64,000 nucleotides of DNA from the NCBI GenBank assembly GCA_964016885.1, contig OZ024741.1:363940001-364004000 (forward strand). The letters are read 5' to 3'. Position numbers and translations under genes: made by a program. Source of the DNA: Eledone cirrhosa (Eukaryota). Under the pieces are notes generated by a model, which was not told the origin of the DNA, ran no database searches, and worked only from the letters and a program-made list of their open reading frames with translations. Below are positions 1 to 16,858 of the stretch, piece by piece (the stretch's first letter is position 1; each line of letters starts with the position of its first letter).

Positions 1-316
<316 letters not shown>

Positions 317-389
317 ATAAATTCTCTTTTACCTGTTTCAGCCATCCGGCTGAGGCCATGCTGGGGCACCGCCCTTGTTGCTACACATT

Positions 390-1189
390 TTATCTCCAGC
401 CTGTATAGGTTGGCCACTCGTGTAGGAGGGAGTTTGTTGCTGCTGCCCTTAGGTTTCCCTCGTGTCTTGCTGTGGGCTCATCCGGGATCCTGGATAACAA
501 GGTGTCGAGATGTTTCTTAAAGACATCCACCTCCACGTCATGCAAGTCTCGCAGATGCCTCGGCAGCCTGTTGAAGAGTTGAGGGCCCTTGAATCCCAGG
601 CTATTGCAATACCTGCTCCTTATTCTAGATGTGGAAGACGGGACCTTTGGCACCACACAGTGACGTCCTGTTCGACGGTTGGTCCAGCTCCCAATGCCAA
701 AGTTTGGTGCTAGTCCCTCCAGGATTTTCCACATGTAGATCACTGCGTATCTCTCCCGTAGAGTAGAGGTTCAGTTCCTTCAGCCTCTCCCAGTAGCTTG
801 TCTCCCTCATCTTAGCAATCCTCTTGGTGTAGCTTCGCTGGATTGCCTCAAGCTCTGTGGTTAGTTTGACACTATGGGGTGACCACAGCTGGGAGCAGTA
901 GTCCAGGCGGCTTAGGACAAAAGTCCTCCACAGTGTCAACATGGTGTCTCGATCTCTTGTAAGGAAAGTCCTCAAGATCCAGCCAGCGAATCGTCTACAT
1001 GCTGTCGCCACCTTCATGATGTGTGAAGAAAAAGATGCATCATGGCTCATGTCTATGCCCAGGTCTCGTATCGATTTTGACACGGGGATATCGGTCCCTC
1101 CTGGTCCTGTGTAGCTGTGTTCCGCTATATTTGTGTTTGTGTTTGCAGGTTTGTATTGTAGGGCTTGGAATTTGCCAGCATTAGACTGC
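390..1189 (-). mobile_element. CR1-group LINE, 3' fragment of ORF2 (post-RT C-terminal region), frameshifted
   Basis: Minus-strand translation IRDLGI...[12 protein letters not shown]...[10 protein letters not shown]...[12 protein letters not shown] then [13 protein letters not shown]...GPQLFNRLP...[16 protein letters not shown], typical of CR1-group ORF2 C-termini. Frame break near 760; 5' end truncated in microsatellite. Confidence 0.85.
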
Positions 1190-2712
<1,523 letters not shown>

Positions 2713-2718
<6 letters not shown>

Positions 2719-3041
2719 TTGGTAAACGGAATAGAAAATGCTGACAAATTGTTCACAGTTGAAAAATGGTTTAATTAGGAATAAAAGAGTATTAGTGATT
2801 GTATGGGTTAGTATTCAGTTGTGGTTTTAAGTTTTTAAGTTTTTACCGGTTGCGCATTTCTAAATGCGCAACCGATAACAACTTAAAAACTTAAAACCAC
2901 AACTGAATACTAACCCATACAATCACTAATACTCTTTTATTCCTAATTAAACCATTTTTCAACTGTGAACAATTTGTCAGCATTTTCTATTCCGTTTACC
3001 AATATATAATAACTTGTGTGTTACACCTCTATTCTTTTAAC
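2713..3041 (+). mobile_element. 296-bp near-perfect palindrome plus ~33-nt unpaired tail; putative Penelope-like fold-back insertion
   Basis: 2713-2859 is the reverse complement of 2862-3008 (2 mismatches, 2-nt loop CT). Tail 3009-3041; (TA)n on both sides. The palindrome is certain, the Penelope assignment is inferred. Confidence 0.65.
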
Positions 3042-3073
<32 letters not shown>

Positions 3074-3602
3074 TATATACATATATACATACACACACAT
3101 ATACATACACACATATATATACACACATATATATACACACATATATATACACACATATATATACACACATATATATACACACATATATATACACACATAT
3201 ATATACATATATATACATATACATATATATATACATATATATATACATATATATATACATATATATATACATATATATATACATATATATATACATATAT
3301 ATATACATATATATATACATATATATATACATATATATATACATATATATATACATATATATATACATATATATATACATATATATATACATATATATAT
3401 ACATACATATATACATACATACATATATACATATATATATACATATATATATACATATATACATACATATATACATACATATATACATACATATATACAT
3501 ACATATATACATACATATATACATACATATATACATACATATATACATACATATATACATACATATATACATACATATATACATACATATATACATACAT
3601 AT

Positions 3603-3633
<31 letters not shown>

Positions 3634-3763
3634 CATACATATATACATATATATATACATATATACATATATATATACATATATATACATATATATATAC
3701 ATATATATATACATATATACATATATACATATACATATACATATATATATATACATATATATA
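3042..3763. repeat. (TA)n/(TACA)n compound microsatellite
   Basis: Directly visible. Confidence 0.97.
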
Positions 3764-4003
3764 TAAGTATGCATGTATACGTACATACATATATGTATAC
3801 AGACGTACAGTAGCATGCACATATATATATATATATATACATATATATATACATATGCATACAGGTACACATACATATATGCACGTATCAGTTTAGCGGC
3901 GCTAACGTCGCTTTGTTCGTTTGTAAACAAACTGAACAGCCTGAATTTATGCCATACGGTGTTAAGGCAACCACGTCACCTTTTTGTTCAACACTGACAC
4001 AGG

Positions 4004-4048
4004 AACGATGTACTAGTTTCAAGCTTGTTAGCTATCATCAGCACCGTT
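4004..4048 (-). ncRNA. Minimal type-I hammerhead ribozyme-like motif, copy 1
   Basis: Minus strand AACGGTG-CTGATGA-TAGCTAACAAGCTT-GAAA-CTAG-TA-CATCGTT: 7-bp stem I (one G.U), intact cores, 4-bp stem II, palindromic ACTAGT stem III, GUA triplet. Confidence 0.75.
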
Positions 4049-4471
4049 TACCCATCTGCCAGATAGTTGAACGTTCGAAAGTATATACTTTCCTTATGAA
4101 AATTAACGGCTGAGCAGCCTAATTTGCATATTGAGTGAGTTAAATCGGTCAGGCATACCGAAAACGATAAATTGAAACAAAATGAAAACGAAATTTCATT
4201 TCTCACTCTTAGTATGGCACTTACTTAAATGTAAGTATGCATGTATACGTACATACATATATGTATACAGACGTACAGTAGCATGCACATATATATATAT
4301 ATATATACATATATATATACATATGCATACAGGTACACATACATATATGCACGTATCAGTTTAGCGGCGCTAACGTCGCTTTGTTCGTTTGTAAACAAAC
4401 TGAACAGCCTGAATTTATGCCATACGGTGTTAAGGCAACCACGTCACCTTTTTGTTCAACACTGACACAGG

Positions 4472-4516
4472 AACGATGTACTAGTTTCAAGCTTGTTAGC
4501 TATCATCAGCACCGTT
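4472..4516 (-). ncRNA. Minimal type-I hammerhead ribozyme-like motif, copy 2
   Basis: Same sequence as copy 1, +468. Confidence 0.75.
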
Positions 4517-4939
4517 TACCCATCTGCCAGATAGTTGAACGTTCGAAAGTATATACTTTCCTTATGAAAATTAACGGCTGAGCAGCCTAATTTGCATATT
4601 GAGTGAGTTAAATCGGTCAGGCATACCGAAAACGATAAATTGAAACAAAATGAAAACGAAATTTCATTTCTCACTCTTAGTATGGCACTTACTTAAATGT
4701 AAGTATGCATGTATACGTACATACATATATGTATACAGACGTACAGTAGCATGCACATATATATATATATATATACATATATATATACATATGCATACAG
4801 GTACACATACATATATGCACGTATCAGTTTAGCGGCGCTAACGTCGCTTTGTTCGTTTGTAAACAAACTGAACAGCCTGAATTTATGCCATACGGTGTTA
4901 AGGCAACCACGTCACCTTTTTGTTCAACACTGACACAGG

Positions 4940-4984
4940 AACGATGTACTAGTTTCAAGCTTGTTAGCTATCATCAGCACCGTT
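4940..4984 (-). ncRNA. Minimal type-I hammerhead ribozyme-like motif, copy 3
   Basis: Same sequence as copy 1, +936. Confidence 0.75.
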
Positions 4985-5407
4985 TACCCATCTGCCAGAT
5001 AGTTGAACGTTCGAAAGTATATACTTTCCTTATGAAAATTAACGGCTGAGCAGCCTAATTTGCATATTGAGTGAGTTAAATCGGTCAGGCATACCGAAAA
5101 CGATAAATTGAAACAAAATGAAAACGAAATTTCATTTCTCACTCTTAGTATGGCACTTACTTAAATGTAAGTATGCATGTATACGTACATACATATATGT
5201 ATACAGACGTACAGTAGCATGCACATATATATATATATATATACATATATATATACATATGCATACAGGTACACATACATATATGCACGTATCAGTTTAG
5301 CGGCGCTAACGTCGCTTTGTTCGTTTGTAAACAAACTGAACAGCCTGAATTTATGCCATACGGTGTTAAGGCAACCACGTCACCTTTTTGTTCAACACTG
5401 ACACAGG

Positions 5408-5452
5408 AACGATGTACTAGTTTCAAGCTTGTTAGCTATCATCAGCACCGTT
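5408..5452 (-). ncRNA. Minimal type-I hammerhead ribozyme-like motif, copy 4
   Basis: Same sequence as copy 1, +1404. Confidence 0.75.
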
Positions 5453-5850
5453 TACCCATCTGCCAGATAGTTGAACGTTCGAAAGTATATACTTTCCTTA
5501 TGAAAATTAACGGCTGAGCAGCCTAATTTGCATATTGAGTGAGTTAAATCGGTCAGGCATACCGAAAACGATAAATTGAAACAAAATGAAAACGAAATTT
5601 CATTTCTCACTCTTAGTATGGCACTTACTTAAATGTAAGTATGCATGTATACGTACATACATATATGTATACAGACGTACAGTAGCATGCACATATATAT
5701 ATATATATATACATATATATATACATATGCATACAGGTACACATACATATATGCACGTATCAGTTTAGCGGCGCTAACGTCGCTTTGTTCGTTTGTAAAC
5801 AAACTGAACAGCCTGAATTTATGCCATACGGTGTTAAGGCAACCACGTCA

Positions 5851-5881
<31 letters not shown>

Positions 5882-5940
5882 GTAAGTGCCATACTAAGAG
5901 TGAGAAATGAAATTTCGTTTTCATTTTGTTTCAATTTATC

Positions 5941-9022
<3,082 letters not shown>

Positions 9023-9189
9023 CCATCCTAAAGGTGTATAGTTTGTTTCTTTCCGTGTTTTTTTGTTTTTCTTTTAATTAATATATAAATATGTATTAAA
9101 CAGAACATAAAATATATAGTTAGTTGATAGCATGACAAAATAGTTAATAGCTCGTATGACAGAATAATTTAATGTTCTTCAGTATTTTT

Positions 9190-9500
9190 CTTTTAGCGGT
9201 TTCAGTCATCAGACTGTGGCCATGTTGGGGCACTGCCTTTAAGTAATTTAGTCAACCATATTAACCCCAGTATGTTTTTTTTTCAAGTCTGATACTTTAT
9301 TGATCTCTTTCTTCGAACCACAAAGTTACAGGATATAAACAACACATACACACAATCAGCTTTTACAGTTTCCATCTACCAAGACAGTGGGCAACTGAAA
9401 GCTACAGAGGGGGACACTTCCTCAAAGCACCATGAATTGGGACTAAATCTGAAATCATGTGGTTGCGAAGTAAACTCTTTATCCACACAGCCATGTCTAT
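9190..9500 (-). mobile_element. Decayed tRNA-derived SINE (family also at ~320, 19170-19700, 21185-21600, 23880-24195, 24870-25170, 39560-39790, 45780-45940)
   Basis: Recurrent blocks TTTCAGTCAT..GACTG.GGCCATG.TGGGGCAC and CAGTTTCC.TCTACCAAA...GAAGACACTTGCCCAAGG, with a tRNA-like head on the minus strand. Boundaries approximate. Confidence 0.7.
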
Positions 9501-10117
9501 CCCTATAGTTCTAAAATTTCTTAAAAGGCCAGTCTAATAGTAAATGCTGTTGGGACCAAGAACTACAGATTTGGAATAAAATGACCTCATTAATCATTTC
9601 AGCTATATTTATGCAACACAATGATCACTCAGGTGGAGTGAAAGATTCATATTTTGTCAAGTAGAATCTAATTCTCTTTGCTTCAGTACAATAAAGGTTC
9701 TAATTTAGGTCAAAGCATGTAATATGTATGGTGAGAGGAGGGGGCAATTAAATCAACCTCAGTAAATGAATGGTTCTTTATTTTATTGAGCTCAGGAAGA
9801 TGAAAGGCAAAGTTGACTTGGGTGAGATTTGAACATTTTGGTCCAACATTCTGATTTTACCCATCAATGATGATGGCAATAAGGGTTAGGATGGGGATGA
9901 TGATGGTGGCAGTGATGGGGATGCTGATCTACTATTTTTATGCACCAATTCAACTTGCAGCTGCTTATCTTAGTACCAGCTGTATTTGATGATAATCCAC
10001 TTCGGCACAGTGGGGATCAGTTTCCATGTATACTTAATTATAACAAAGAACGTATGGAAAACGTGTATGTACATGCCTGCACAGATATAACCTCTTCTCT
10101 CTCATCATTATTGGTTT

Positions 10118-10302
10118 GGATTGGCAGTATCGGTAGAGGGTCGGACGCCATGCTTTCCAGCATAGTTACGTCCCTTTATGATCTGAGTTCAAATCCCGCC
10201 GAGGTTGACTTTGCCTTTCATCCTTACGGGGTCGATAAAATAAAGTACCAGTAATGCACTGGGTAATTTGCTGGCCTTGTGCCTAAAGTAGAAACAATTA
10301 TT
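10118..10302 (+). mobile_element. tRNA-derived SINE with GACTTTGCCTTTCATCC...GGTCGATAAAATAAAGTACCAG core (Meta/MESC-like)
   Basis: B-box GAGTTCAAATCC followed by the conserved core. Similar copies at 12374-12556, 36480-36950, 50000-50190. Confidence 0.75.
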
Positions 10303-11571
10303 GGTTTTGCCTTTTTCTTTCCGAGACTAAATGTTTTAATCCCGAGTATAAATGCCTGAAGGAGAACATGTTTAATACTGGTAGCATGGTATAGATACTT
10401 CCTTGTTATTGTGACTCACACCTGTGTAGGTTTAACTAGCTTCCTATTAGATTGTATCTAATAGCAGGTCTCTTGGATGATTTAATAATAGGAGGCCCAG
10501 TCGTATCATGAATCCCATAATCTTAAAAAAGGACATGGTACTATGTAGTCATAGATATACAAAAATATGTGATGTATTGGTCATATGATATTCCATGTTC
10601 AGGCATAAACAATATTTATCTTAAAAAGATGAAGCTGCTCAACTTGTTAGAAACAGCAATCAAATTTCCCCTTGAAAAACGAAAAGCACACTGAAAAATG
10701 TAGTCATATATATATACAAAAAGAGATGATAGTCATGGCTGGAACACATTTGTTAAGAGATCTACTGAATCAGAGTTAGCTTGCAGGCTAAACAACTATG
10801 GGATCACATGATCTGCTAGAAATAATCTTAAAAACTGGATGATACAACAATCAGTGGTTAGCCATGTGGGTTTCATAGACATTATAGGGTCTTGATACTA
10901 TTTTGATACCCCGTTCCTACTCATAATTATTACGGATACCGGCTATGATGTAACACCTAATGTGCAATACCACATTGGCAACAGGACCCACTTAGGCATC
11001 GATGCTCAAACTGGTGAACAAACTAAGTTACACACCAATAAACTATATATATATAAATGAAATGTACAGCTCACTCTTATGCAGGTTAAGCTGACCTCTT
11101 GCAAGACTATCTCATAGGACGCTTCATTCACTATATATATATATAGTGTTATAGTTCAACCCATGCAAGCATTGAAAAGCAGATGTAAAAACGATGATTG
11201 ATTGATTGATGTATGTATGTATGATTGATCTATGTATCTTTGATGTATGTATGTATGATTGATGTATGTGTATATATGCTGGATACCCATTGATAAAAGG
11301 TCAAGGAAAATAACACTCAATCTATTGCAAGAGAGCTTATTTAGAATAGAATAATGATAATTGCGAAGGTCAGACATAGATATTCATAAATCCTTTATTC
11401 ATAATCAGCTGTGATACATATTTCAATGACTTTCATGGTTATGTGATGCTGTGATCAAGCAACCTCCAATGTGACATCAGACACCAGCTTAGGAAATAAG
11501 GTTATGTTGCTAATGCAATACAAGTTATAGACAAAGGAACTGACCAATTTGATGACTTCATTATCTATATT

Positions 11572-12373
11572 CAGTGTGGTGCAGACAAATCTGGAATTGT
11601 TATGTGGCAACAGTGCCATGACATCACAGCGTAGCGAGGTTTTGAGAGCACCATTAGAAAGTACTACACCTCAGTAGTAGACTGGCCATTGACGCACAAG
11701 GGGCTTAGTAATCGACATGTGGCGAGCCTTCATATCAGCCACAAAGCCAAGGAAATCATTGAATGGTTTAAATACCCTAAAACCATGGTCTACGACATTG
11801 CAAAGGCATATGGGGCTTCAGACAAAGGCAATTTCAGGCCAGAACACAAGACTCATAAGAAGGGCTCTGGCAAAATCAGGACGCCCGAGTTCGTACCCGA
11901 CTGCCTCTGCCTAGGTGCCAATGGCTACAGGAGACTCATGGATGAACACGTCAAGCCATGGATGGACAGGGTGGCTAATGAGCTAATGGGATGCCTGTGT
12001 CTTTCAACAGGACTCCACCTCTGCCCACAAAGTCAAGACAACCCAGGCCTGGCTTTTTGCCAACGTGCCATACCATTGGTTGCCCGACTTATGAACCCAC
12101 CTTATCGCCAGACTGTAATCCTCTCGACTATTTTGTGTGGTGTACATTGGAGGAGGTGAACAGCAGGCCCCTACAACACCAAGGGGGCTCTCAGGGACGC
12201 CTTGGCCAACATAGACAGGGACACCATCACCAAAGTTGCTCCAGCTTCCGATAATGCATAGAGAAAGTGGTAGGCACCAATGGTGGCCACATCGAGTGAT
12301 TTTTTTGTACCTTATATATGTGCCTGTGTATAAAGTTTCATTGGAATATATTAATTTGTTATATGAAAAATGC
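11572..12373 (+). mobile_element. Decayed, internally deleted Tc1/mariner (maT/DD37D-like) transposon
   Basis: N-terminal HTH-like HKAKEIIEWFKYPKTMVYDI. Catalytic remnants across frames: VKPWMDRVA, FQQDSTSAHK, SPDCNPLDYFVW. Multiple frameshifts. Confidence 0.85.
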
Positions 12374-12556
12374 TGCAGTATTGGTAGAGGGTCAAACGCC
12401 ATGCTTAGCAGCACAGAGTTACGGCCTTTTACGATCTGAGTTCAAATTACGCCGAGGTTAACTTTGCCTTTCATTCTGATGGGGTTGATAAAATAAAGCA
12501 CCAGTAATGTACTGGGATACTTGCTGGTCTTGTGCCAAAAGTAGAAACAATTATTA
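12374..12556 (+). mobile_element. tRNA-derived SINE (same family as 10118-10302)
   Basis: Colinear similarity to 10118-10302. Confidence 0.75.
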
Positions 12557-12560
12557 TCCA

Positions 12561-13450
12561 CTAGCCGTGGTACCTGGCGTTGCACGGGATAAGGTATTTT
12601 GGAACGCGGGCCGCCAACAGACCTAATCATGGAAAAACTGCATGCCTGGACAATATGTAAAGAAAATAAACCGAATACTCTGATGGTTGGATAATCTTTA
12701 AGATTTTCCTCTATGAAGCAGGAAAAATGCAGGTTTTCACCTAGGGGATCAAGAAAATAATTTTTTTTTATGTGCATAATATGCTTTGAAATTTTGGGAA
12801 AATTGGCTAGATGTAATGCCTCCAAAAAGGCCCTAAAAAGCTGAAAAAACGAAGTTTTTCACCTAATGCGGGCCCTAGGCCATAAAAAAGTTGGATTTTC
12901 TTTGCTCACGGTATGAAGAAGAGACTAACTAATACATAGTTACAATTTCAAGGAAATCGGTCCGACGTAACGCCTCAAAAAACCCCTAAAATGCTTAAAA
13001 AACGCAGTTTTTCACCTAATGCAGGCCCTAGATCAAAAAGTTGAATTTTTTATGTGCATAACACTCCCTGAAACATAAGTAATACACATGTAAAGTTTGA
13101 AAAAAATCGGTTGGGTACTTCGAGTTTTAGGGATTCAAACTCACACACACACAGACAGACATCCTCAGAGAAGTGACGTAATGCAGACAGTCAGACATAC
13201 AGACAGACATATTATAAGGGTGTGACGTTATATGTATGTATCTATCTAAAAAGAGAAAGACCAAGAATTATAGAGAGAGATCGCTAAATCGCCTAATGCG
13301 ATCCCTAGGGCATTGAAAATTTGAAATATTACATGTGTGAAGTATTACATGTGTAAAGTTTGAAAACAGTCGTTTGAGTGCTTCTCGAGTTTTAGGGATT
13401 CAAACACACACACACACACACAGACAGCCTCAGTTTTATATATATATAGA
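12561..13450 (-). mobile_element. Non-autonomous Helitron
   Basis: On the minus strand it starts A|TC at 13450 and ends CTAG|T at 12561, with an imperfect GC-rich subterminal hairpin (plus CCTGGCGTTGCACGGG). Internal subrepeats CCTAATGC..CCCTAG / AAAGTTTGAAAA. Confidence 0.75.
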
Positions 13451-13494
13451 TTAAGTTTTTTCCAGTTATATCTGTCCTACACTGTGTGTGTATG

Positions 13495-13530
<36 letters not shown>

Positions 13531-13585
13531 TGTACATACACACACACACACACACCTATATCTATATATAGACACAAACACACAC

Positions 13586-13657
<72 letters not shown>

Positions 13658-14339
13658 ACCCGAAAAAAACAAGCCTCGTTCATCATTCTGTGAAATACTA
13701 CAGCTATTTTCATATGCATCTTACTTTATTATTTTGCTTTTCTTATTACCAACACTAACTTTCATACAAGTGCACACCATCACAGGACTCCGCCCACTCT
13801 ATCCACCAACTTCCGGTTTACTGTTTGGCACACATGGCTTAACCCCACCACCGTTACTTCTCCCAGTTACCCTGTTACATCACATACCATATGTATATAT
13901 TGTATATGCATGTGTATCTATTCTACATAGACATATAAACGTATATAATGTGTGCGTGTATATATATGATGTTTATATATATATTTATTAAAATAACAGA
14001 TTAAAGTTTAAGCAAAGAATCGCTGCTCTACGGTTCTTATATATCTGATATATATTTATCCTTATCGAGCCCTCTTTGGATTTTAGCCTTCAAATCTATT
14101 ATTACTATATATATATATGGACGTTAAACGATGATGATGATATATAGGTGGTGGATTGGCAGTATCAGTAGAGAGTGATATAAATCACCAGTAATGCACT
14201 GGGGTAATTGTTGGCCTTATGCCAAAAGTAGAAACAATTATATATATGTATTACGTTATATTTGTATATATTGTGTATTACCTCCATGTGTGTGTGTTAA
14301 TGTATATTGTACATTATGTGTTTATATACCTACCCAAAA

Positions 14340-14786
14340 CATCACTATGAGCAAGGTGCGGTGCAGCCAACTAGCCAGACTTGTCTCATAACAGAGTCAC
14401 CCAGTTCCACACTGTAAACTTAGTTGGTGGTAGGAAGGGCATCCTGCAGCTGTAAAAACCCAGCCTAAACACGGCCCCAGGCATGGCATGGCTAACTGGA
14501 CAGACCTTTCTCATAATGGGACTACCTAGCTCCCAAAATATGGTCCTGCTGTGAGCAGAGTATGGCACAAGCAACTAGCCAAACCCTCCTCATAATGGTG
14601 CCACGCAGTTCCACATTGTAAACGTAATTGGTGTTAGGAAGGGCATCCAGCTGTAAAATTCCCAGCCAAAATACATCTTTGTTTCAGCAAGGTACAGTGT
14701 GGCCATCTGGCCAGACTTGTATCATAATGTGGACAACCTGTTTAAACCATACAAGCATGGAAAAATAGACGTTAAATGATGATGAT
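14340..14786 (+). mobile_element. Non-autonomous bipartite RTE-derived element with internal tandem duplication
   Basis: Two TAGGAAGGGCATCC modules and an RTE-type end GCATGGAAAAATAGACGTTAAATGATGATGAT. Confidence 0.65.
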
Positions 14787-15890
14787 ATATATATAGAGAG
14801 AGAGAGATTTATGTGTTGCGTGTTGTGTTATTGAGCAAAACACTTCATTTCATGTTGCTCCAGTATGCCAGTATACTCAGCTGAAAAAAATGAGTACCAG
14901 CAATAGCTGGGGGTTTAACCCTGCGATGGACTGGTGTCCTGTCCTTCAGTCGCTCACGCCATGAAACTTCAGTCGCTTCACGCCATGAAACTGGGTTAAG
15001 CACTGGCAAAATGAGTCTTCTGGCTTAAGACAGACTTTAGACTTTTTATATATATATACACACACACACACACATAAAAACATAGTTCTAATTACTGTCA
15101 TTCTCTAATATTTAAACAATAGTTAAAAGCTGTTAAATCAATCAAAAAGAATGTGAATGACAACAATGCAAATAAATAAAGACTGTGAGTGATTCAATTA
15201 AATATTATTGCTGCAATGTATATACTAAGTAAAATAAAAAATACTTAGTTGATAGAATGAATTCCAGAAATTCTCTCTCAAGTGTAATAGTTAGGAAGGA
15301 AGTAATGGGGCTAAGAGCAGCCTAGCACAGTTCAACATTTCATAGTTGAAGTCTTTAACACTTGATACTAACCAATCCGAAACAGCCTCTGCTTCCATGA
15401 AACAAGACCACCCATTTTAAAGGGTTCCTCCTTAAAATAAAACCCTTGAACATAATTTTATATAAAAAACATTTTATTTCATTAAAAAAATACAATATAA
15501 AGATGATTGTCTTATCCCTTTCCTTACCATATTTCTAATGAAAATTACTGCCTATGATTCAAATAATTCTGAAAATAATCAAGTATTTAGAGAGATTTGG
15601 TAATTTATTATTAAATGATGTTGGAAAGCGTTTAGATAACTATAAACACTTTAAAATAAGCAGTTTTGTGTCATAAGACCAGTGGCAGTTTCAAGCATGC
15701 ATGAAACAAGACCACTCATTTTAAAGGGTTCCTAATTAAATTAAAACCTTTGAACATAATTTTTATATTACAAATACCATCTTAATGAAATCATAATTTT
15801 AGTAAATCCTTCCTAAATCCTTCATTAAATAGTTAAAATAAGTATTTCATTATACATATGGTAACAAAGATTTATAAAGCTATATATAAT

Positions 15891-16160
15891 TGAAATAAAG
15901 TGTCTTGCTCAAGGACATAACGCATCGCCCGGTTCAATTCCCGGACCAGGCGATGCGTTATGTCCTTGGGCAAGACATTTTATTTCATGTTGCTCCTACC
16001 TGGAGTTGTGTCCGATAGATAGTATTAGCAAAAGACCAATGGAAACATTGTTTCCTCGGTCCGATTTGACAAATGTCGATCGTTCCTTTATAGTTGATAA
16101 TCTTTTATTCTTATACTCTTCAATCTCTTTTTGTTGAACTGTTCTATTATATGACATAAA
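15891..16160 (+). mobile_element. 5'-truncated tRNA-SINE with fold-back inverted duplication
   Basis: 43-bp arms 15891-15933 and 15945-15987; B-box GGTTCAATTCC at 15931-15941; body matches 23231-23420 in reverse. Confidence 0.75.
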
Positions 16161-16169
16161 CACACACAC

Positions 16170-16211
<42 letters not shown>

Positions 16212-16858
16212 CAGGTTTATACACTGTGTTTGAAAAACAAGGTGATAGTCAAGGTTGGCAAGCCTTTGATCAATCATACAATCTACTGTTCTTCCTATCA
16301 TAACCTACTGGTGCTCAATACATACACTAACCTTTGATACCTTTGATCATAGGTCTGCTTCATAAACAACAACAATGATGAAAATACTTTAAGCGACAGA
16401 ATTTGTAGTCTCAGTTTTTAAGTGTTCATATTCAAATTAAAAACCATGTGTATCCAGTTTAGAATAGAGTCACCTAATTTTTGCATGTTGTAAACAGTGA
16501 CTAAAAGAACCAACATATGAAGGACACCTAGCTATAGAGTATTTACCTGCAGAGCTAACTCCTGCTTTAGTGGGTGGTGGTGACTTGAAAATACTTGTGT
16601 TGTATATTTAAATTAAAACTTTCCATCATAATTAGTAATGGAGGGTTTACCTAACATTATACACATGTGTATGTGCTAGTTGAAGGAAAAAGATATTTTA
16701 CTAAAGTCCTACAAATTCTCTATTTTCAAAATTAATTGAAACATGGATGGTATGTTTATTTCATTAAAAATATGATTACAAAAGTGTTAAAGACTTAATA
16801 CTAAAAATAGATATTAAAAGGAACGCAGTCACATTTATTATTTTATATAATTTCTCAT

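Larger units (their letters stand above)
3764..5940 (-). mobile_element. 468-bp tandem array (~4.5 apparently identical units) + T27 + inverted ~64-bp tail; hammerhead-bearing retrozyme-like / non-autonomous Penelope-like element
   Basis: Units start at 3764, 4232, 4700, 5168, 5636 (identical ORFs recur every 468 nt). T-run 5853-5879. 5877-5940 is the reverse complement of the unit's GATAAATTG...CACTTACTTAAA segment. Confidence 0.8.

Noticed and set aside
3990-4160. Helentron/DINE-1-like reading of the 468-bp unit (AAGCTTGAAACT, CCGATTT words)
   Set aside because: No subterminal inverted repeats or Helitron termini found; the hammerhead fold and inverted-arm-plus-tail ends fit a Penelope-type element better. 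Not formally excluded.
3764-5857. Array as CRISPR or as repeated small-peptide genes (60-78 aa ORFs)
   Set aside because: Units are identical with no unique spacers or cas genes; the ORFs are partly microsatellite with no recognisable domain.
10850-11135. Possible pLTR-like remnant with TGTAAC/GTTACA stem and AATAAA
   Set aside because: Hammerhead core boxes not recognisable; too degenerate.
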